A stretch of DNA of 64,000 nt from Candidatus Poribacteria bacterium (GTDB lineage: Bacteria; Poribacteria; WGA-4E; WGA-3G), in contig OZ243938.1 of the NCBI GenBank assembly GCA_965214095.1, positions 5,120,001-5,184,000 of the forward strand, read 5' to 3'. How positions within the stretch are numbered: position 1 is the first letter of the stretch; each line of letters begins with the position of its first letter. Positions 20,051 through 28,090 of this stretch are shown here, in pieces. The notes beneath the pieces were generated by a model. It was not told the DNA's origin. It saw only the letters and a program-made list of their open reading frames with translations, and did no database searches. A program made the translations under genes and the position numbers.

Positions 20051-21982
20051 TCATATCCAACTATATACCGCAGACCGTAAAACCAGACTCAATAGAGGCC
20101 AGAAACACCCCATCAACGCTTCACCTAATACCAATCCTATGAAAAAGGGTATTGCACGACGATACGCTTTTATGCCTCCATTCCGTAAGATAATCCATTT
20201 CGCTACCATTGCAATCAGCAGGGGAAACCAGATAATATCTGTTGTGCCAGGAGCAACACCAATAACATATCCCGCAGGATGCAGCGGACACCAAACAAAA
20301 CGAGAACGTAGAAATATAATACCTAAATTTGACATGAATGTTAACCCAAGCACTGTTGTTGCTAACCAGTCCATCGGTTTCGGATTGACTAACCACGAAG
20401 AGAGGAAATTATAGGTATCTGCACCACCCGCATGAATCTGCTCTGAGCCTGCTGCAACTCCCTCTCTATATATCGTATACGGATAGAGTATCAAACTTGA
20501 TAAGATACCGACAAGGCTGGCTATGACTAACACCGTGAACATCGTTCGGTTACGCACGCCGGTCCTTTCACCAAGTTTGAACGATTCCAACTGATCAGGC
20601 ATCGGATGCGTACGGAATGACGCATAACTTGCACCACTTAGCCAATTCAATAAGGATAGCATTGTCAGATTACCTGCTCGCAATCTACGCGTGCCAAGCA
20701 GTGAAATCATCATATATTGCGGTGTTAGGTATCCGATTGCATGTATCGGTGGACCAAGTTCTGCACGCATACGCGTCAGTCCAACAACAATCATCAGATA
20801 TATAACTATGAAAACAGAAAATGCCCATAACGACATACCCCCTCGAACACATAAGACAGCAAGTAGAAGAAGGGATAAACCGAGTGTAATAACAGTACTA
20901 CGAGGTGATATTGCTTCATTTTTTGAAGCGGAACGATCATGACGAATTACCTGTGAGAATACGAGAGCAAAATGCTGCCTACCATGCCAACAAGCAATAG
21001 CAAGCAGTGCCAGCAACGCACCTGCTCCCTGCTCACCTAAAAACGGATATCCCGGTACTTTCGACACACCTGTTGAGCTGCCAAATATAAGCTGCACCTT
21101 CTTCATCAAATAAAAAAATGTGCATGAAAATGCTAAATCCAATGGCAGTATAAAGGAAAACCCTATCAGATACGGATGAAAACGGAGCGGTGTATTACCA
21201 ATCGCATTCCACGGTTTCTGCGTAAAATAGATATTCAGGTTATACTTCTTCACCGGTATCTCAGGAAGTACAGGATAGAAGTATTGAAGTCCGTTCAACA
21301 GATTTATCCCAAATGCTATACCGAAACCGATCCAGAGCAGACGGTTCCTAAATATACGACGGTTTGTCGTTATCTCAAGTGGGATCTGAATGATCGGATA
21401 CGCGAGTTTTTCGTTCTCTATCCACTGCTTGCGTATCAACGATGTCAAGCAGAGGAATATCAGCATCAACAGAAATATAACTGCTGTCCAAGAAAGTATC
21501 GGAACAATCCAATGTTGCACATAGCCTTCAGTGAAAAAGTTGACATTTCCTTCATAGAAATCGTTGACAGTCTTCGGGTCTTTGACAACAAGCCATTCTG
21601 GCAAATGGTGAAACAGGAGTGCCTCCCAATCATTTTCAGCAGTGGCAAAACGAAACGCGTATGGAATCAATCCCATAAGACGTGGCATACAATCATGACC
21701 TGAAAAAGCACTACCGACTGCAAGCATGCTGTAAACAACGATCAAGTCCCGTTGTGATAGTGCAGCCGTCGGTGCGAAACTCCGTATCCACATGTTCAGC
21801 ATCGTGATTACAAATATCCCGAACATAACATTGACCGACATCGCTACGGTTGTCAAATGTGCTGTGTGCCATATCATTTCTACATAGGCTATCCAGTAAC
21901 TGTTGCCAATTATCAGAACAGTACCTATCAAGACCGCGCGTTTCGTGATTCTTGAGGTGGGATGTAAGTTAGTTTGATGCAT
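20051..21982 (-). CDS. Polytopic membrane protein, putative peptide/oligopeptide transporter (DUF6785/DUF6784-like)
   Basis: Many TM segments, RKQWIENEKLAYPI, TRMRAELG, WCPLHPAGY, PFFIGLVLGE. Start uncertain (21982 or 22039). Confidence 0.72.
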   Translation of the reverse strand: MHQTNLHPTSRITKRAVLIGTVLIIGNSYWIAYVEMIWHTAHLTTVAMSVNVMFGIFVITMLNMWIRSFAPTAALSQRDLIVVYSMLAVGSAFSGHDCMPRLMGLIPYAFRFATAENDWEALLFHHLPEWLVVKDPKTVNDFYEGNVNFFTEGYVQHWIVPILSWTAVIFLLMLIFLCLTSLIRKQWIENEKLAYPIIQIPLEITTNRRIFRNRLLWIGFGIAFGINLLNGLQYFYPVLPEIPVKKYNLNIYFTQKPWNAIGNTPLRFHPYLIGFSFILPLDLAFSCTFFYLMKKVQLIFGSSTGVSKVPGYPFLGEQGAGALLALLAIACWHGRQHFALVFSQVIRHDRSASKNEAISPRSTVITLGLSLLLLAVLCVRGGMSLWAFSVFIVIYLMIVVGLTRMRAELGPPIHAIGYLTPQYMMISLLGTRRLRAGNLTMLSLLNWLSGASYASFRTHPMPDQLESFKLGERTGVRNRTMFTVLVIASLVGILSSLILYPYTIYREGVAAGSEQIHAGGADTYNFLSSWLVNPKPMDWLATTVLGLTFMSNLGIIFLRSRFVWCPLHPAGYVIGVAPGTTDIIWFPLLIAMVAKWIILRNGGIKAYRRAIPFFIGLVLGEALMGCFWPLLSLVLRSAVYSWI

Positions 21983-22066
21983 GCTTTTAACGGGGTGAGA
22001 TAGGTTACTGTGTCGTAAAACTTGAAGGTAATATATCAAATTTTATGGATATATTTTCTATAATAT

Positions 22067-22095
22067 GTTATACTAAACAATCAGAAGTCTGTCAA
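22067..22095 (-). promoter_or_regulatory. Putative sigma70 promoter
   Basis: Minus strand TTGACA-N17-TATAAC upstream of the transporter gene. Confidence 0.6.
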
Positions 22096-22297
22096 GGTGA
22101 AATTCAGAACGTGATGCTTTAGTTATTACTTATACGAAGCGGTTCCAATAGGATTAAACCCGATCTTATGGTTTTTACATTATGGACACCTGACAATCGA
22201 TTTCAACGTTGTGAAGTACAATAATATATTTCAATATAACATTCTTTCAAAGAACTATTTCAATGACTAAATATTGTCATATACAGGAGTGACCAAT

Positions 22298-23419
22298 ATG
22301 CAATTGACTTTTCAAAAAGACGAACTTTTACACACACTTCAGATGGTGCAGGGAATTGCTGGGGGACGAAATACCTTGCCAATATTGTCAAATGTACTCA
22401 TACGCGCACAAAACGGGAACATAGAATGTGCTGCGACTGATTTAGAAGTTGGCATTAGAATAAAAGTTTTGGGGGACATCAAAGAAGAAGGTGCTATTAC
22501 CGTCTCTGCAAAGAAATTATCTGACATCGTACGTGAATTACCTGATGCGCCGATTGAACTGGTAACGACAGCAAATGACAGAGTCGAAATCACATGTGGT
22601 GAAGGTGTCTACAAAATAATTGGACTCTCCGATGAAGAATTTCCTGAACTCCCATCTGCAAATGGGGTAGGTATTCCTATTGATGGTGAAACTTTATGCT
22701 CTGTTATTCACAAAACGCAGTTTGCTGCATCAACGGATGAAGTGCGATATACATTGAACGGTTTGTATTTCAGTCTTATGGATGACAAAACTGAAGTGGT
22801 AGCAACGGATGGCACAAGACAGCTCGCTTTAACTTATTGTCCTTCCTTAAAAAGTTCGGATGAAGTCGCAGGATTTATCGTTCCATTGAAGACAATTAGA
22901 GAGGTTGCGAGAATTTTCGCGGAATCAGCTGAAGTTAAGATTTCTCACCAAAAAAACCAGCTCCTCTTTTCCGATGAAAACACGACACTAACGACACGTC
23001 TAGTTGAAGGTGAATATCCACCATATCAGAAACTGTTTCGTGATGCTTCTGATGGACGGACAGTTATCTCAAAAGAGGCTATCTTACGCGCCGCAAAACG
23101 AGTCTCTTTGCTCTCAGACCCAAAGAACTTCCTAATCTGCTTAGAAATCGATACAGAACAGATTCGGATTTCAGCGAAAACACCAGAACTCGGTGAGGCA
23201 CATGAGACAGTCTCTGTGGAATCTGGGACTGGCAGTGTACGCATCGGTTTGGATGCACGTGTGCTTTTAGATGTATTGACGCATATTGAAACTGATTCAC
23301 TCATTTTTGAGTTCACTGGAGAGTTTATACCATTGATCGTGAAACCTACAGGAGATATTGAGCATACTTGTTTTATCATGCCTATGCGTTTAGAACCTGC
23401 TTCACCATTGGAATCTTAA
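22298..23419 (+). CDS. dnaN: DNA polymerase III beta sliding clamp, paralog 1
   Basis: TLPILSNVLI, ATDLEVGI, EEFPELP, RYTLNG, RLVEGEYP.Y, IMPMRL. AGGAG RBS before ATG 22298. Confidence 0.93.
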   Translation: MQLTFQKDELLHTLQMVQGIAGGRNTLPILSNVLIRAQNGNIECAATDLEVGIRIKVLGDIKEEGAITVSAKKLSDIVRELPDAPIELVTTANDRVEITCGEGVYKIIGLSDEEFPELPSANGVGIPIDGETLCSVIHKTQFAASTDEVRYTLNGLYFSLMDDKTEVVATDGTRQLALTYCPSLKSSDEVAGFIVPLKTIREVARIFAESAEVKISHQKNQLLFSDENTTLTTRLVEGEYPPYQKLFRDASDGRTVISKEAILRAAKRVSLLSDPKNFLICLEIDTEQIRISAKTPELGEAHETVSVESGTGSVRIGLDARVLLDVLTHIETDSLIFEFTGEFIPLIVKPTGDIEHTCFIMPMRLEPASPLES

Positions 23420-23516
23420 TTCCTGCTTATATTTACCGATTGTACAGTATACTTCCTGTATGCAGTTCGCATAAAGCATTCATTATAGCAATTGATTAAT
23501 AATAGGAGATTTCTAT

Positions 23517-24626
23517 ATGGAACTTGCCTTTGAAAAAGATGAACTCCTTGATAACCTACAAACAATCCAAGGCGTAACAAGTGGACGCAACACTTTGCCG
23601 ATACTTGCAAACATTCTCATTCGCGCACAAGATGAGGGAATAGAATGTGCCGCGACCGACTTGGAAGTTGGCATAAAAGTAAAAGTAGACGGGACGATAG
23701 CAGATACAGGTGAAATTACCGTCTCTGCAAAAAAACTCGTTGACCTCGTGCGGGAATTACCTGATAAACCAATTAAACTCGTTACGACTGCAAATGATAG
23801 AATTGAACTCACTTGTGGCGATGGCACATATAAGATAATCGGACTTTCAAGTGAGGAATTTCCACCAGTACCGTCTACTAATGGAGAAGGATTAACTATT
23901 GATGGTGAAATGCTAAACTCCGTTATCCGAAAAACTATTTTTGCAGCATCTACTGAAGAGGTACAATTCCTTCTGAACGGTCTCTATTTCAACCTACTTG
24001 AAGATAGAACAGAGGTGGTCGCAACCGATAGAAACTATCTGGCATTAGCACATTGTGCCCCACTGCAGACATCTGAAGACGTTGAAGGGTTTATAGTGCC
24101 TTTGAAAGCAGTTAAAGAGATTGAACGCACGTTTGCTGATTCAGAAAGTGTGAGGATCTCTCTCCAGAATAGCCAACTGCTGTTCTCTGATGAAAATGCG
24201 ACGCTGATGACACGATTAGTAGATGGGAGATATCCTGAATACCAAACGATTATCCCGGAGTCTACAGAAAGCCGTGCTGTTGTATCAAAGGACTCATTTC
24301 TGCGCGCATCGCGCCGCGTGTCCCTTCTTTCCAATCCAAAGAACAATGCAATATGTTTAGAGATAGATAGTGAAAGAATTCATCTATCTGCAAATACTCC
24401 TGAACTTGGTGAAGCACACGAGACGATTGCAGTGGAATCCAGTACTGGAAGTGTGCGGATAGGACTGGATGCTCGGATGTTAACAGATGTGTTGTCGCAT
24501 ATTGAAACGACATCTCTCGTTTTAGAGTTCTCAGATGATGCCTCACCCTTCTTAGTCAAACCTGAAGGAGATGACGGACATCTATGTATCATTTCACCGA
24601 TGCGATTAGATGCAATCCACCAATAG
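23517..24626 (+). CDS. dnaN: DNA polymerase III beta sliding clamp, paralog 2
   Basis: TLPILANILI, ATDLEVGI, EEFPPVP, RLVDGRYPEY, ISPMRL. AGGAG RBS. Confidence 0.92.
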   Translation: MELAFEKDELLDNLQTIQGVTSGRNTLPILANILIRAQDEGIECAATDLEVGIKVKVDGTIADTGEITVSAKKLVDLVRELPDKPIKLVTTANDRIELTCGDGTYKIIGLSSEEFPPVPSTNGEGLTIDGEMLNSVIRKTIFAASTEEVQFLLNGLYFNLLEDRTEVVATDRNYLALAHCAPLQTSEDVEGFIVPLKAVKEIERTFADSESVRISLQNSQLLFSDENATLMTRLVDGRYPEYQTIIPESTESRAVVSKDSFLRASRRVSLLSNPKNNAICLEIDSERIHLSANTPELGEAHETIAVESSTGSVRIGLDARMLTDVLSHIETTSLVLEFSDDASPFLVKPEGDDGHLCIISPMRLDAIHQ

Positions 24627-24649
24627 AATATGCTGATGTTTACATCATT

Positions 24650-24821
24650 CATAGACGTCAATTTAGCGTCCTTCCAAGTACCGGTAGGTTCGGTTTCCTA
24701 ACCGAACCGGCTTTGTGCCAAATACCTTCATAGAGGTTCTCGCGTAGGATCCGGTTCGGTTAGGAAACCGAACCTACCGTCCTGGGGAAAACGCCTAATT
24801 TACACTAAATTGACGCTTATG
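24650..24821. mobile_element. 172-bp CAT-ended MITE with 20-bp target site duplication
   Basis: TIR CATAGACGTCAATTTAG/CTAAATTGACGCTTATG. ATGCTGATGTTTACATCATT occurs at both 24630-24649 and 24822-24841. Internal inverted REP doublet. Confidence 0.85.
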
Positions 24822-24842
24822 ATGCTGATGTTTACATCATTA

Positions 24843-24941
24843 TAGTGAATTATAGATATAAGTTGACACTTTCGACCCACGGTAGGCGAGGTTTCCTAAC
24901 CTCGCCGATGCTGAGTGCTCAAGTAATTTCAAAATCTACTA
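24843..24941. mobile_element. 99-bp TA-flanked MITE (copy of 6210-6308)
   Basis: Near-identical to 6210-6308. Confidence 0.75.
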
Positions 24942-25085
24942 TAATATCAAATCTACTTTAGCTGCCTGATGTAATACAGTCAAATGTCCACATCCATCCC
25001 GCATATACAAAAAGAGTTTGAATCTGGTAAATTTGTTGTTAAGTTTGTCTTATACAAATTCTATTTGTTCTTATCTCATTTTTTC

Positions 25086-25165
25086 GTAGGTCGGGTAGAG
25101 GCACGAAACCCGACATGATGACTACAATCAAGACGTGTCGGGTTTCGTGCCTCTACCCGACCTAC
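25086..25165. repeat. Perfect inverted REP doublet (REPIN-like) between convergent genes
   Basis: 30-bp GTAGGTCGGGTAGAGGCACGAAACCCGACA and its exact reverse complement, separated by 20 bp. Confidence 0.85.
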
Positions 25166-25198
25166 AGAAGAATGAGGTATTATTAATTAGAAATGGTA

Positions 25199-27922
25199 TT
25201 ATTTATTGTCTATCTCCCAAAGAAACACAGAACCATTATTACAACCGCTAACAAGGGTTTTTCCATCAGGACTAAACGCGATACTATCAACCCGCCCTAT
25301 ATGACCCATCAGTGTTTTCTTGTGTTCGCTGGTGTGTGTATCCCATAATTGAATCGTGCCATCTCCACACCCACTTGCGAAGGTTTTTCCATCCGGACTG
25401 AACGCTAAACACATCAAAAATGTATCTCCGCTAATTGTAATTTTGATTTTCCATGTGTCTATATCCCATAGATGGATAATCCCATCATTGCCTCCACTTG
25501 CGAGGATTTTTCCATCCGGACTGAACGCTAAACCTTCCACCCAATCATTATGTTCGGTAAGTACGATTTTATTTTCACCAGTTGCAACATCCCAGAGACA
25601 AATAGTTTCATCATTACTTCCGCTTGCAAGGATTTTACCATCCGGACTGAACGCGATACTATTGATCAACTTCTTATGTCCAATAAGTGTCCTTTTATGT
25701 TCGCCAGTGTGTGCATCCCAGAGGTGGATAGTATCGCCATCTTCACTTGCAAGTATATTTCCATCCGAACTGAGTGCTATATGCTTAACAAAACTGGTAT
25801 GTCCAGTAAGTATCAATTTGTGTTCGCCAGTGTGTGCATCCCAGATGTGGATGTCATCGTCAGTCCCACAAAAAAGAGTTTTTCCATCAGGGCTGAACAC
25901 TATACTGTAAGCCGATTCTATCTGTCCATTTTTAGGCTCGTTAAGTGTTCTTATGGGTTGCCTTGTATCCGCATCCCATAGACGAATAATTCCACTGGCA
26001 TCCCCACTTGCGATATAGTACCCATTCGGATTGAACGCAACACTGTGTACCTCCTGCGAATGTCCAGTAAATATTTTTTTCGCGTTGCCGGTGTGTACAT
26101 CCCAAAACCGTATGGTGCCATCGCCACCTCCACTTGCAAGTGTTTGTCCACCCGGACTGAACGCTAACCCACCGCGCCCTACATTTCGCGGGTGCTCGGT
26201 GATTATTTCCCTGTGTGTGCCAGAGTGTACATCCCACAGACAGATTGTTTCATCGCCATAGGACGTAGTAGCAATTGTTTTTCCATCAGGACTAAACGCT
26301 AAGTGGATAACGTGATCCTTATGCTTAGAGAGAATCATCTTGAGTTCGCCTGTGTTTAAGTCGTAGAGATAGACAGTGCCACTTACACTACCAACAGCGA
26401 CTATTATTCCATCTGGACTTAACGCAGCACTAATAGCAGAGCAATCAGGGTGCATAGCAAAAGTTTTCTTGTGTTTACCCGTGATCGAATTCCAAAGACT
26501 GATTTTGTCTCCCCTACTCATACTGACAAGAGTCTGTCCGTCTGGCGTGAATGATAAATCAGAACCATTATACGGATCATTCGAGAGTGTATACTTTTCC
26601 TCTCCAGTGATGGCATCCCATAATCGGATAGTGCCTTGCCGATTATTACTCGCAAGTATTTTGCCATTCGGGCTGAATGTTAAGCATGTGATATACTCTG
26701 TATTACGTCCAATGAGCGTTTCTTGCGTCCCTGTGATTCTATCATACAGGGTAATATTACCATCGGCATTTCCACTTGCTAAGATGCGTCCATCTGGGCT
26801 AAAAGCAAGGTGGAAGGCATGACTCGTATCAGCTGTGATTAGACTTGCCTCTTGATGTACTGTCACATCGTAAAGCCAAATACCGATGCCACTCGCAACA
26901 GCCAGCAACTTACCGTCAGGAGAATATTTTATATCGGCTATATACCCTTTACTGAGGCGCACTTTAGCATCTTCAGGCAGGTTCCATTGCATAGCATCTT
27001 GTGTTAGGTTGTTTTCCACGGTTTTTGTTCCTTTTGTTAAACCGTTGTTACTGTTTTTGCTGAGGTTAGTACCACCAACCCGGTTTTTCAATTTGGGTTT
27101 TGATTGAAGATTCAAAATAATAGGCGCGTCAACTATTTCAATTGTGGGTTCTGATTTTGCGTCAACGCTATACGGGCTCTGAAAATTAGCGGTGAATTGC
27201 TTACTTGCTCCCATCAACAAAATAACCAAAATAGCAGATGCGCCTAAAGCTGCAAACGGTAGCAACGGTTTACTTCCTAATGGAGATGTTTGTTTGATTG
27301 TGTCAATACGTCGTATGATGTTTTCAGTTAGATCTGGACTTAATGGGATGCTGCCGAGGGTTTCCCGAATTATGGACTCTTCGTTCTGTAAACGTTCTCG
27401 TGCCCGTTTAAGTCGACTTTTAACAGTGTTTGAAGATACACCTAAAAACTTGCTAATCTCTTCACAACTCATTTCACCGAGGTAGTGCAGGACCATCACC
27501 GTGCGTTCACTTTCTGGAAGTTTTTCCATGAGCTTCTGCACGATTTTACGTCTGTGTTCAACGGCTGCGTCCTCACGCTGTTCACAGACATAGTCCGCAT
27601 AAGCAGTTTTTTCAAGTGTCTTTTCACTGGTGGAATCCAAGGATTTCATGTCCATCCGCTTCTTTCTGAACCATGCTTTGCATTGTCGATTGGCGATGAC
27701 GTAAAGCCAACCAGCAAACTGACCCGGATTTTTCAACGAGGCGAGTCTTTGGTATGCCAGTAGGAAAGTATCCTGTGTAATTTCTTCAGCGATATGGAAA
27801 TCACCGATTTTCCGCCAGGCAAGCGCGTGAACGCTTTTTTGATATTTCTCAACTAACGCACTGAAAGCAGTTTCGTCACCTGACAATACTTCTTGAATCA
27901 GTTCAAAATCATCTCTTTCCAT
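25199..27922 (-). CDS. ECF sigma factor - transmembrane - WD40 repeat fusion, paralog A
   Basis: Sigma region 2 (AFSALVEKYQ..V...A.R...D...AEEITQDTFL, FAGWLY.IA.R) and region 4 (LPESERTV..L.Y...SCEEIS.FLG...NTVKSRL.RAR). TM helix at about aa 220-238, then about 14 WD40 repeats. Confidence 0.92.
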   Translation of the reverse strand: MERDDFELIQEVLSGDETAFSALVEKYQKSVHALAWRKIGDFHIAEEITQDTFLLAYQRLASLKNPGQFAGWLYVIANRQCKAWFRKKRMDMKSLDSTSEKTLEKTAYADYVCEQREDAAVEHRRKIVQKLMEKLPESERTVMVLHYLGEMSCEEISKFLGVSSNTVKSRLKRARERLQNEESIIRETLGSIPLSPDLTENIIRRIDTIKQTSPLGSKPLLPFAALGASAILVILLMGASKQFTANFQSPYSVDAKSEPTIEIVDAPIILNLQSKPKLKNRVGGTNLSKNSNNGLTKGTKTVENNLTQDAMQWNLPEDAKVRLSKGYIADIKYSPDGKLLAVASGIGIWLYDVTVHQEASLITADTSHAFHLAFSPDGRILASGNADGNITLYDRITGTQETLIGRNTEYITCLTFSPNGKILASNNRQGTIRLWDAITGEEKYTLSNDPYNGSDLSFTPDGQTLVSMSRGDKISLWNSITGKHKKTFAMHPDCSAISAALSPDGIIVAVGSVSGTVYLYDLNTGELKMILSKHKDHVIHLAFSPDGKTIATTSYGDETICLWDVHSGTHREIITEHPRNVGRGGLAFSPGGQTLASGGGDGTIRFWDVHTGNAKKIFTGHSQEVHSVAFNPNGYYIASGDASGIIRLWDADTRQPIRTLNEPKNGQIESAYSIVFSPDGKTLFCGTDDDIHIWDAHTGEHKLILTGHTSFVKHIALSSDGNILASEDGDTIHLWDAHTGEHKRTLIGHKKLINSIAFSPDGKILASGSNDETICLWDVATGENKIVLTEHNDWVEGLAFSPDGKILASGGNDGIIHLWDIDTWKIKITISGDTFLMCLAFSPDGKTFASGCGDGTIQLWDTHTSEHKKTLMGHIGRVDSIAFSPDGKTLVSGCNNGSVFLWEIDNK

Positions 27923-27960
27923 CAGAGACCTCCATAATCAATTTTGGCTTACAATTATCG

Positions 27961-27990
27961 GTGACGCGTTTTTTCGGTGGATAGGTTGCA
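27961..27990 (-). promoter_or_regulatory. Putative ECF-type promoter TGCAACC-N15-CGCGTCAC
   Basis: Same motif at identical spacing at 30893-30922, while the spacer has diverged. AAC/CGTC cores are typical of ECF promoters. Confidence 0.62.
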
Positions 27991-28090
27991 GAATTGTCAT
28001 AATTGAAACAAAACCTGTCTTTTTTGTGTGTAGACGAAACACGGACAATGAATTGTGCAGCTACCAACGTAGGTATGATGAATTGGGACA

